From the NCBI RefSeq assembly GCF_000150275.1, contig NW_002060970.1, positions 270,197 to 334,196 on the forward strand: a DNA stretch of 64,000 nt, in the 5' to 3' direction. Every line of letters begins with the position of its first letter. Position 1 is the stretch's first letter. Below the pieces are notes generated by a model. That model made no database searches, was not told the origin of the DNA, and was given only the letters and a program-made list of their open reading frames with translations. Below, piece by piece: positions 24,701-37,500 of the stretch. The position numbers were made by a program, and so were the translations under genes. Origin of the DNA: Trichoplax adhaerens (taxonomy: Eukaryota; Animalia; Placozoa).

Positions 24701-27700
24701 AACATATCCTGGATGGCTGCAGGACAATCATCCAACAAGTAATACATTTAATAGTCTTATAAATCAAATACAGTTTTTGCATTAAATATTAAAATAAATT
24801 TGCATTAAATATTAAATATTATACAGTATCTGAGGACGCGTCTCGATGGCTATTTAATCTTTGATTTATCCAATCAAATGCGATGACAAGTTAGATAGTC
24901 TTGCATGGTATCGATTTAAGATTAACTCATCAGATATGATGCTACCAACAGAACCAACTCAGCGAACATGCCAGAACCAAGCAACTGCTTGGATGGTTGA
25001 TCCTCATCCCTTAAGTAAGACATTAACGATAGAGACCCAATCCGAGCTCTTATTTATACCGCAGCGTTTGAGCCTAGTTACTGTTTAGCTAAGCCTACCA
25101 AATTACCAAACTGGGCCGAAAGCTAACTGTATGAGAACAGGATATTTCGCTTTGAGTTTTGAATCATCTTCTTCCGCGATTTTGTCAATTAATGCATCAA
25201 TTTGTCCCAAAATAACTTCTAGAACCAAAGCCACTGACTATTTAATCATTTCAAAGTTTCTTACAAGCTCTTACTTCTTCGATAATATAAAATATACATA
25301 GTAACTGAATTCATAATTATATAATTTAAGTAGCTAAAAGACCGCACATGAGAGGCTAACTTCATTTTGATTATGCTATCGCAAGGCAATTACAAATACA
25401 CAAGAATTTTCCTGCATTAGAAAAAATAATTTTAAAACTAAAGCCAGGAATTTTTAAAAAGCAAAGTCTTCCTCGTACTGATACCGCTTCTATAAGTCTA
25501 AAATGTATATGATAGCCAAATTAATAATTCAAGTAAATTCATCGACCTTACAGCAAAAGCTAAGCCCATCTTAATTATTATTACAAAGTAAGTAATTGCA
25601 CACACATGCAAGAATTTTTCTGGAAGAGAAAAAATTCCCAAAATAGAGTCACTGATTTCTCTAAAATCGAAGGCTCTCACTTGCTGTTATCTCTTCTACA
25701 ATTTTAAAATGTATAACAACCTTTCTCCTGTACCTACTTGTAACCCAGATAGCAGATATTGTGTAGTTCGATTCAGTGAGTATTCAATCTAATGCAGTAG
25801 AGCAATGTGTAAAATATTTACATTAAAATCTTAATTATCCTGTTCGTCTTGCATTGATATAAATATAATTGTACTTTAGATAAATGTAATCGTCATTCGT
25901 GTGGAAATAAAGGCGTATGTATTGGAATAAACGAAACTTATTTCTATTGCCAGTGTCAGTCTGGTTATACCGGAAAAAAATGTGAAAAAGGTATTGAAAT
26001 TCATAAAATAGAGTGATTTGATGACCTATTCCTTACACTCTCTTTAATTAATTAATGCCAATGTATTTGTAAATTAGGTATAATATCAAACTATCTCGTG
26101 TTGAATTTCTGCCAAGCTATCATTGATTTTGTCCATTCTAATCTTAATACTATGCAAACTTATTCTTCCACACGATACAGAGATCAATGAATGTCAGTCT
26201 AATCCTTGTTCAGAAGGAACCTGTATAGATCTTGTCAACGAATACGTGTGTATTTGCCCAAAAGGAATGACTGGCGTAAATTGTCATCTGGGTGATATAA
26301 TCTATTTATAGTCAAATTTCCATTCTATAAATACACTTGTCTTGATATTTACTCAATCAGCTATCTTAAAATTACCTTTAGGCATTAATGAATGTGCTAC
26401 AAATAAAGGTGGTTGTAGCCATAAATGCCATGATTTAATTCCTGGCCATGAATGCAGTTGTCCTAACGATAAAATATTGGGGATTGATCGCCATACCTGT
26501 ATCGGTATAAATCTACGTAATATTCTTTCATCTCTTTACTAGCATACAAATAAATAGATGATTTAGATCCTAAGAATTTTCATATTTTATTTAACTTGAT
26601 CCTCGTTACCCCTTAGATCCATGTCCTGCTTCAGCTGTAGTACTAAATGATACATCAGTAAATTCATCCAATTACCAAGATCAGAATGCCAATTTGGAAA
26701 GAAACTGCCCATATTGGCATGCTTTATTGGACGATAGGAAATGGTATCGAGCTAACTACGGTAGCAATTGTTCAAGTATAGCCAGGAGGTTTGGTATTAA
26801 ACACATAGGTAATGCCATAATGCAGTAGCTAATAGATTTCTAATGATGTGATAGTAAAGACTGTGAGGGTGTTAGTAGAATTATTTGAACAAGTTTACAG
26901 AATTGTATAACTATCCAGCGATTACTGAAAATTGCATAAAATTACATAATACAATGGGATCCATTTTGCAAAAGCTACGAGGAGCGATGAGAAACTCTAC
27001 CTAAGCTAACTGCAATAACATGCTAGCCGCATTGAATAGATATTGCAGTGCTCTAAAGTATGTTATAATAAGCCTCAATTTGATCATAAAGCTTCGTTTT
27101 ACTCCACCTTAGCTGATAATTAAGATTTAAATGATCGTTAAGGTATAAGAGGTAGTGTCATAACCGAGATTGCAACACAAAAATTAACGGGATTCTTTTT
27201 CCTCTAAAGTAGTCTTAACTATCTAACCAACTAACTCTAAGCACTCTTTAGTCTCCCAAACTTAGAATCGAGTCTTATACGATAGAATGAATACCTTCAA
27301 TAAGAATCAAAGCTTTATTAAAATAACCGATCGAACTAACAACTTACAATCTACTACTAACCACTGATAGCCATCTGTTATCAGCTAGCTTATCAACTTC
27401 TCCAAATTAAGAACTTTGAGGCTTTTATATAGGCTCATAAACTTCGTTGGTGCAAAACAATAATAAATTTATCGCGAAGTCTACATGCTGAATATAGCAA
27501 GAATCACAACACACTTCCTATGACATTTAATAATAGTTAATTAATGGCTAGGTCTTAACATATGATTCTTGACTCAACGAAATTATATCATTGATGACAC
27601 AATAATTAATTGATTGTCACAGGAAGTTTTGATTAGCAATTGATATGATAAAGACAAAAATTGATCACGCCTGGAGTACGATACAAATTGTCATTAAAAT

Positions 27701-30700
27701 AATAACCCCTGTAGCCTGAATTTAATTAACTTATTGCATTCCTTAATCAAAATAATTTCAATTTTGATATTCAACTAGGCATTTAATGTTACATTTCTTA
27801 AAATTATGACGGTAATCAATTTATTTCTTTACAGTTAAGAACGATGAAGAAACAGAAACAATTAGTATATGTTTGAAACTTAGGTCCCGTCCTTGCGACT
27901 ACATAACAACTGTGAGAGCAAAAAAAATGTCAAGGATACAATGTTTACGAAGCTGATGGCTATGCATCTTGCTTTCTGAATCGTTGTAGTAAAGTGCAAG
28001 GTAATATATTTACTAGAGAGAGACTCCTTTAAAACATAAATGCAACTGTCGTATTACTAAATGATGGTCTTAATTCTCGTACTGATTTTATACTTTGATA
28101 ATTGTCAACGATAGATGATTGTGCTTCTGATCCTTGCCGTCGTGGAGCATGTAGCATGCTTCAGTACGGTTTTAAATGTCTCTGCGATGCCGGTGACTAC
28201 GGTCTTTACTGTCAGTTAAGTAAGAAAACTAGTTCAAAGGCTTTATATTACGTTGTTCTTGTCGCATTTTAATCTAAACAAGTATTTTAAAATAGGTAAA
28301 TGCCAATCAAATCCTTGCCAAAATGGTAATTGTGTGCCTACAGTATTTGGATATCGATGTCGATGTAGACCAGGCTTTAGCGGTGCACACTGTGAAATAA
28401 GTAAGTGATAATGTAGAGTAAATCTCAACCGCCTCAATCATATATTTTAAGATGAAAAAACATTGTCGAATAAGTAGCTGCTCCTGAAAAATAGCTTTAG
28501 TAAAAATAATCTACTCCAGTTTACTCCAGAATTAAAAAAAAGATGTTAGGAAGAAGCGAAACAAAAATTAATATCAATTTTGCACTCTAACGAATTTATT
28601 CTAGAATTTGATAATACCGTACATGATGATAAGTACTATAAGATAAAGTTATAATCTATTCCACTACATGTACCTATATTTATTCAATAAAATGAAAAAG
28701 TATTTATAGAGAAATACTATTTTATGTAGCAAATGTCAGCGGAGTAAAACTGTTTCAATTCAATACTTTGTATCATGTAATAATGTTTAATATGGAATAG
28801 GTGCTTGTAATTCTAATCCTTGTATTAATGGTGGTAAATGCTTGACGATGAATAATGGTGGATATCAGTGTCGATGCAATCCTGGCTATCATGGTTTGAA
28901 CTGTGAAGCAAGTTCGTACCTCTCAGTATATATATAACACATTTAATTAATTATCGACGAATTGCTCATACCTTCAGAGTAGCTTCAATTCAAAATATTT
29001 TAGGAATACAATAGTCAGCATTTATTAGTTTTATCTGTAAATTATAACCTAATTAATGCGCGTAGTTCCAGTGAGAAGATTTCTTAATAAGAGGAAACAT
29101 CTTTACCACATAAAATATACCACAGATATACATGTAAGCTTAATTTCGGCTACATGCTATTGCTGAAACCATTTCCAACAAGAAAAATGAAAATTCGAAA
29201 ACTGGCTTAACTTTGAATAAGAGAAATCAACCCATAAATATCCTACTTCTAGTTTCATCGTAATTGAACATTGATCGTAGCTGTACATATCTTAATACCA
29301 CTAGTCTCTCTTCGACAAAACTAAACCCGAACTTTATTGAGAAATCAGTCAATTGATAGTAAATCTACATTTTCATTATTTATCACGTTATAGATAGCAT
29401 TATACAACGATGCAATTATCTATAAAAAAAATAAGTTATTTGCGGAAACTGTACTACGACAGGCTATATAGAAGACACACCCTAGCAATATATTATCCAT
29501 AGTAGGAATGTAGCAGACATAATATAAAGTAAAAAGTATATGTACAATGTACATACATACAGACTGTATACTGTACGCTAAGTATCACGATTATAGGTTC
29601 TACTCGTATTATTGTATAGTATAATAATTTGTAATAAGTATTACTCTCTTCACTAATCAGGCTATCTTTGTATTACTTAGGCAAATGCAGTAGAGAAAGT
29701 AATCCCTGCCATAATGGTGACTGTGTTCCTGACGACGTCAAAGGCTATAGATGCCAATGCTTTGCTCAATATACGGGGATTCACTGCGAATCTAGTATGA
29801 TCTCAATGTCTTCTATTTTGTCTTAAAAGATATCAAGATAAAGATAATGCTGGAATATAGATATCCCATCTAGACAATGATAGATTTATCAATTATTTCA
29901 ACTTGTGCGACAAGCTTAATCGTTTAGTAGTTTATTTCTCTCTTAATATCGAACTCTCAAAATGTACGTGTATAAGAAGTTTAATAGAACTAAAAGTATG
30001 AACTAGTATGGTCTTGATTATTTTATTTATCCTGCAAGATATCAAGATAAAGATAATACACAAATTTAGATATCATGCCCAGACAAGATGGATTTATAGA
30101 TTATTCAATCTTGCACGACGAAGCTTATTGTTTAGTAAATAATTTCTATCTTAATATCATGACTTTGAACCTGTGTAAGAAATTTAATCATACATTCAAT
30201 CTAAGTATACAAAGTATGAACTAATATGACCTTGATCAATATTATTTGCTCTGCAAGATATCAAGATAAAGATAATGCGGGTATTTAGATATAATATCTA
30301 AACAGTAATGGATGTATATAGATTATACTATTTGGCATGATGAGCTTAATCGTTTTGCAGTTAATTTCTTACTTACTGTCATAAGTCTTTATGCATATAA
30401 GAAGTTCGATTACTCGTCAAATTTCAATTACACTAATTGACTTTAAGAGCATTAAACGATACCCTTAACTAATCGTCGTTGTCTATTATTTAGGGCAATG
30501 CCCAACTTTAAGTTCCTGTCTGGAAATTGCTAGAAAAAGGTACCGTTGATACCACCAAGTGGATTGAAATACCTCTATCATTCATGTTCGGAAACCGCTG
30601 GAGTACCGCAGGCTTGGAGAGTTTATTGCGATTTTAGTTCTGAGCCTGGTTATGCCTGGACATTAATCGAATCGTTCTCGTTTGATCAGCGATCTGATAA

Positions 30701-31208
30701 AAAATTCAACACGGCATTCCCATATAGTAGTGGTGTAAATAATGGTAGACTCCCGCAAGGTATGGATTGGTCCAATTTCCGTCTAAGTTTAGCTCAAATA
30801 AAATTTTCATATGAAAATGATCATCAATTAAGTGACCCAATGTGGCGAGCAACGTGCAACTTCAAGCCAGAAACAAGATATTCCCAGTCGCCACTCAATT
30901 ATATGCGTGGCTATTTTCGACAGTTTAATATTTTAAATTATGTTAGTCAGGGCCAGTGCTTTCAAGTCGATTATATGGATATTCGTGGACATAAATGCAG
31001 AAATTGTAACAGGGCTTTCTGGGCTTCTTCGAATTCTCATCTTCATACAGATTCTTCTACAACGCGTTGCTGTGATGGTAAGGTATGTTATCCTAATTCC
31101 GTTGGCGGAGAAGATAATTTCGGTTATTACCAGTCATATAATCCTAAATTTACATGCAGTAGTACTCCACAGAGTACAACTAATTGGTGGATTGGCGGAA
31201 AGATATGA
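21781..31208 (+). pseudogene. Mosaic extracellular-protein gene: 10 EGF/cbEGF exons, fragmentary uromodulin-type D8C domains and a C-terminal Cys/Trp-rich domain with a fibrinogen-like start; multiple lesions (pseudogene or mis-assembled gene)
   Basis: Phase-1 EGF exons start at about 22046, 24111, 24308, 25880, 26181, 26382, 28115, 28296, 28801 and 29681. D8C halves lie at 21781 (GIVRRKVCFS..CC..NCSDFMIYRLP..RYCT), 24523 (DPC..RST..CD..WYQF..CGT.YPGWL..HP), 24827, 26617 and 27835. The terminal exon is 30494-31208. Lesions: AA instead of AG acceptor at 24521-24522, a stop/frame change at ~24862, an extra A at 27920-27927, and a frameshift at 30534-30546. No 5' signal-peptide exon found. Confidence 0.7.
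29825..30370. repeat. Intronic degenerate tandem repeat, ~3 x 210-220 bp
   Basis: aagatatcaagataaagataat recurs at ~29827, ~30036 and ~30255 with similar downstream sequence. Confidence 0.8.
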
Positions 31209-34200
31209 GGAGCTAAGACTTTGAAATGGGAAAGACCAGCCTTTTATTCCTATAACAATCAAAATGGATCTGCTATGTAGAACATATTATAGGACTTATT
31301 AAATAGAAGTTACTTGAATTTTTACACACATAGAATTGATTATAAGGTCCAATTACGCTCATATGTCATGTTTAAAAATAGTATAGTCTGTATTAAAAGG
31401 TCTACGATACAAATACGGGGTAATATGGTTATTCGACAATACTTTCATGTTTGTTTAAAATGCGATCAATGCAAGTGGATCTACTGCAATTCTATTAGGC
31501 TATTACAACAGTTTTATGAGTAAACTTTTAGAATCTAGATGTTGCAATAGTTTTATCTAATTCAGGAAATAGAATTGTGAATAATTTAATTACACAAGAA
31601 TGGATTTAACTTTGATATAGTAGGGAGTACTTTTTCTACCGTAGCTAATCCTAGACAATGAATATTTAATCGCTTTCTGGTGTTGATTTTTATAGATTTT
31701 AATAAAGAAAGGAAATTAATTTGCTTTACAGAACTAGCGTTAAATTCAATTGAACGAGAAATACGATGTAATACTCCTAAGCTTTATTACTAGTTGTTAC
31801 AAATCTTCTTCTTTGTAATAAGAAACCGGGTCTTAAACACTATCTTCACTAGTACTTGTATTCCCAACTAACTTAGGGACCTATCGTAATTGAACTCTCA
31901 GCTACACAAAAAAACTACTATTGAGTAATAGGTTTAAATACTTTACTTTATTTTCGTTAACCTTAGTCGTAAAATGTACTAAAGAAAAACGTAAGAATAT
32001 TCTTAGCAATAATAGTCACAAGATCCTACAAATGACTAACTGGAACTGAGAAGCTAAGCTAGTACTCCGCTTTTTATAGTCTCGCCGATGGTACACTTGT
32101 GAATATTCATGAAATAGCGGCTTACACTGTACAATATACATATCCTAGTATAGCAACTAGAGCCTCAAGGCTCTGCAAAGTAATTGATCTTACACTTAAG
32201 GTGTTATTAATTAACGTTTACAGACTAAGCGTGTTAGCTCCGAGATGTCAACAATATTGAACACGTACTTATTAATAAACATTAATATCTAATAAGCTAC
32301 TGGAGCAAACAATAATTTAAATGAGATATTTTAATTAACTTAGCAATTAATATTTCGGAGCATGGCTCCGTAACACTAGTGTTAAGTCCAATTTAAAAGC
32401 TTTTGAAACAGTGACATAATTGTACTCTCACAACGATAGGAATGTCAGTAATCCTATAAATTATGTGTTCATTCCTACATTAACAAACTAAAAATGCGTT
32501 GGAACTCATCTACTGTACGCTGTACAATCAGCTCGTAGTTGGAAAATTCCTAGAATTGTTAAGTAAGCAGTCCATCTACTGATTGCTAGGGTGTAGTATT
32601 ATCATAGAGTAAACACTTTAAATTTTAATAATATAGTCTACACTAATATTCTTTCAATAATAAAAATTTCTAATATACTTGTACTACGGGAGCATCTCAA
32701 ATCCGATCAGAGGATCTATGGTACATCTAAAGTTATCCTCATTCTTCCCTAGCAAATGCTGCCTCTAAGATAAACTTGTTATAAGTCTGTTGTTCTGTTT
32801 ATTTTGAATCCTACAGTAATAACATTGCAGCATCAGTACAATTAAATTAGTTAAAAATTTCGGCCGTGCCCATTTAGAAATTAAATTGAAAACTGAGATA
32901 TTGATCTTGTCACATTTAATCGGCAGCTCATCCATTATCCTCATTCCATGTGTTATGTATTTGCTTTACTTACTGTGAAAGGCTTAGTAAGAACTGCAAG
33001 GCGTAAGTGGAATTGAAAAAGTGATGTTTTCAAATTACAGATACTTATATACCCAGTACTGATTTCTATTACCCGTCAGTAAGCGCAAGTTAATTACAAG
33101 CATACAGACAAGATCTCGAGCCTAGTGGGTATTATACTCCGTTACATATGTACGAATATCTTTAATCTACTGCTCCATATAACAAATTAAATAATCCTAC
33201 ATTAGCACAGTATAATGTGGATAAAATATTACAACATATACTGTAAAAAATTGGAGTAGAAGGGCACTTTCTGGCAGCTTACAGTAATACCAGCCCTAAG
33301 CAATATGAATCGCATCCTGAACCTTAATCAAAAGTACATTAAAGTAGTTGATTATATTCAGTAAATACTATCTGTAAATACTTGATCTTATATAAACTGC
33401 TTTATGAAGTTAACATGTCCTGTGCAATAAGGACGAAACGGTTTATCATCTAAACATGCTTTAAATTTAGCTAACAGCCTGCACTTAACTCATCATAAAG
33501 CCACATCAACGCCTGAATCATCGAATAAGAGCACCTATAGGGCAATTGTATGTAGACTAAAGGCGGTTATTCCTTCTACATGCAGAAAATGAATTGGTAA
33601 ATGTTTATCATAAATGAAAATTCATTGATAAATATAGACTAGGTCAAATCAACCACGATTTACGAAGTCTTCAGTATCGTCTAAGCTATGCTGAATACGT
33701 ATCAACGTGTTGCTGATTAAAATTAAAGCCATTATTCTAACATAGAGCACGATATAAGGAACCCTTGTAGGTTAATCAACGGTGGCGTTTTCAATAGTAT
33801 TTCATAAATTTTGCTAATGCCTTAGCAGTGTATGTTATGATAACTACAAAAAGATACTTCCACGGTGTCAATTGGCTAAATTCGTTTGTCAGAACATACA
33901 CCAATTGTAGTATAAAAATAAATAAATATATCAATTTGTCAGTTATGAACATCGCTTACGAATACAGGAAAACTCACCATCAGAATTAGAAGTTAATGTT
34001 AGGGTATTTATTCAAGGTGATTGTGGAACAGAATTGATAGGAAGCCGATTTGATAATAATAATAATTATAAATATCGGCCACATTATTAGCGATATACAG
34101 AGAAATCTAATATTAGGAGACATTAGAAGCTTGCAATCACATGGTCAATTTGATCAGTACCACAAAGCCATAAAACAGATTTTGTATTACAGCTACAATA

Positions 34201-34515
34201 TGAAAATCATTCAGCATCTAATACAGCATTCCTTACAAGCAGTAACATTTAAACGATTGTAAGCATAGATCTTATCTACTACTTGCTAATTAGCTAAAGG
34301 AGGATTCTTTTAGATCACGAGTCGTATCTATGAAAACGTTTACAGTGTAAAATATCAATGTCAAAAAAAAGGCACCTGAAATCAGCAAAATCCGGCATAT
34401 TAGGAACTATTTTAGTAAATTATTTTACTAAAGTCCCAAGAAGGCGAATAATGGAACTACACCATGCAATTATACGACATAGAGCTCTATTAAATAACGC
34501 TAATCAATAAACAAT

Positions 34516-37500
34516 CTATAATTCATCTTTTTCTTTGGTATCCTCTTCATTATCATCGACCTCCTAGATAGTGACATTGATATACAAATGATTAGAAGGA
34601 CAGTTGAACAGTTAAAGCAAAACGAAAGTGCATAATATTGTCTGTCTTAAGATATTATCTATCTCATCATTGCAAGTGTTGATGAAATGTTACTAAGTAA
34701 TTAACTTACTTCCTCCTTAGGAGCTTCGGCCGGTTGTTCTTCTTCATCAAGATCATCTTCGTGTTCGACCTATTGTTTACAAACATTATTATCAATGCTA
34801 ACCAAACATTAAATACAATCTTCCTTGTACAGCAAACATCAATAAAACCTAACAACTAACCTTAGCCTCAGGATCGATGTTAGCGCTTAGACGTAACATC
34901 CTTTCAATGCGACTGGCGAAATCCGATGTTTGCTAAAAAAAAAATAATAATGTAGCGCTCAGTGACAGTCCAATAATAAATTTGAATCAACTTAGCCTAC
35001 ATACATCTAATGCAAATCCAGAACGCAACATGGCAGTATCAAACATAACACGTGCGATGTCCTTAGCAGTGTGATCATCTGGGCTATTCTAAAGATGTTA
35101 CGATAAAATAGCGTTAATATCAACTTAATTTTATGCCACAGCAAAGGTTAATGTATCAACTGTATTTGTGTTAACTTATGCTAAAGCCTTTAATACGTAC
35201 TTCAACACGATTTAACAATTCCTTTATTAAAGGATGGTAGGGATTAATTTCAAGGTGTTTCTTTTGCTTTGTGAAGAACCTGGTTTTAAAAATACAGTAA
35301 AAAAATAGTATTACATATACTTCATTAGAATACATCTACTTAGAGTTTACAGTATTTCATTTACTATTCGTATAATCATTCAAGTATAACATTCTCCTCG
35401 GAATGATTACAATTATTTTACAGTGACTTACTTGGTATTGGCGTCGTCCTGTTTAGCATACGCTTGAGCTTTCATAATTCTTTCCATATTACCTGACCTA
35501 TATAAGTGTATTTCAATCAAATATCAAGAAGAATGTTAGATATAGGTGTGTAGGTAATTACCATTATCAACCATATCACGTACCATGCAAAACTACTTGC
35601 AACAAGTGCACAAGGTGATTCAGAAAGACGTTGCGATATTGCCACTTTTTCAATGAGATCTTTAAGACCTTTGTCTTTCAACCAATCAGTCAATGGTTTG
35701 AATTTGGTTTCCAAAGATTTTTGCCTGTCCTTCTTTTTATCGGTATCTTCACCAATTTTTAATCCTTCTTTTGCAACGTTTTGGAATTTTTTGCCCTCAA
35801 ATTCTGGTAACGACTAAATTTATAGAAGTATAATTGATAGCATAAGTACTTTAAGATTCCAAAGTTAATTTACTAGATATTAAACCTAAAAGTTATACCT
35901 GAAGTGCATATTCATCAACAGTCCATTATACCCAATTTTAAACTAGTGCCAAATTCTTTCCAGAATTTATCAAAATCAACGGGGTTCATTTTTTTAATCA
36001 TATCTAAGGCCTATTACAACGGTAATAAAGTTAATTTATTCTTAGTATATCAGAAGCGTAAGAATAATTAAATAGGTATCAATTCAAGAAAGGTAATAAC
36101 TGACCTTACGAACCAACTTCTTTTTGATTACTTTGAGAAGCTTATGTTGTTGAAGCGTCTCTCTAGAAACGTTCAAGGGTAAATCATCTGAATCAACTAC
36201 ACCACGAATAAAGGACAGGTAGCGAGGCATCATATCCTGAAAGTCATCGGTGATAAAAACTCGGCGTACATATAACTTAATGTTGTCAAGATGTTTGCCG
36301 AATTCTTGATAAAAGTTATAGGGAGCTTTCTGGGGAACGAATAGGATTGAACGGAAAGTAACTTCTCCCTCAGCAACAAAGTGAGTTTTGGTTAATGGTG
36401 ATTCAGTGTCTTTCGAGAATTGTTTATAAAATTCATCATAATCGGTTTCTTCTACATCTTTAGGACTTCTCGTCCAAATCGGTTTATTTCCGTTCATCAA
36501 TTCCCAGTCCCAAACCGTTTTGTCTACTTTTCTAGTTTTAGGTTTTTTTTCTTCTTTTTCTTCTTCAACTTCTACCTCTTCATCTTTCTTTTCTTCCTTT
36601 GCTTCTTCATCTTTTTTTTCATCTTTCTTTGCATCTTCATCTTCGATTGGTTCTTCTACAGTTTCAACCTTGTTAAATCAATTTTAATTTGACATTTACT
36701 GAATTTGCATACATTGCAACATTTATTGCACGATGTTAGTAACATATTTATAATTATCGAGTGTACGAGTGGAAAATAATTATCTTACCTTACTTGCCCA
36801 TAAGTAAATGTTGAAGTTAATAAACTGACTGTATTTTTTAATAATAGTTTTTAAAGTTTCTTGTTCTAAGTATTCTTGAGCTTCTTCCTTAAGATACAGA
36901 CTGACAGTAGTACCACGTCCAAGAGTATTGCCACGTGGATCTTCGGCAACAGAGAATTGGATGGAATCTGATTGCCATATATGCTGTATGTCGTCGTTAT
37001 GCTTACTTGTAACAACAACTCTATCAGCGACTGCAAATAACAGTTACAAAATTACATTTTTAGTCGATTATTATTTCTTACTGACGACGCGATCTAAGGA
37101 TTATGTGCAGAACGATTGTTGCGCCGATAAGTAGATAGTAAAGTATTTTTACAAACCAAGGAAAGCAGAATAAAAACCAACACCAAATTGTCCGATGAGA
37201 TCGCTAGCCTGTTTGCTTTCTTCACCAGATTCCTGTAAAGATTGGCAATAGACAAAGTATTAAGTAAAGATGGATCTCTACAATATTGTAATAGCAATAT
37301 CCTCTTCATTAATAACAGCTAAGTTACTATATGTAAAATGCCAAATAATGAATAAGTGAGGATAGAAGGCATTAAACAGTCTCTAGCTCTAGACTGTTAA
37401 GATTTAAATTAATAAAGTTACCTGCATCTTTTTGAAAAATTCATTTGTTCCAGATTTAGCAATAGTACCAAGATTTTTAATCAAATCTTGTTTTGTCATT

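Noticed and set aside
4016-30546. Euplotes-style programmed frameshifting as a common cause of the frame breaks
   Set aside because: There is no shared AAA-stop or heptamer slippery context, and the shift directions differ.
32680-33980. Possible minus-strand spliced mini-transcript (ATG|gtgagt at ~33977, acceptor ~33536 giving VLLFDDSGVDVAL*)
   Set aside because: Splice-like signals only, a tiny peptide and no homology; not supportable without RNA data.
36420-36692. Phe-rich hydrophobic ORF on the + strand
   Set aside because: It is the antisense of the GRP94 charged E/K linker.
15821-37281. Shared 14-mer tgtagagatccatc at ~15821 (+) and ~37268 (-)
   Set aside because: Too short and isolated to distinguish from chance.
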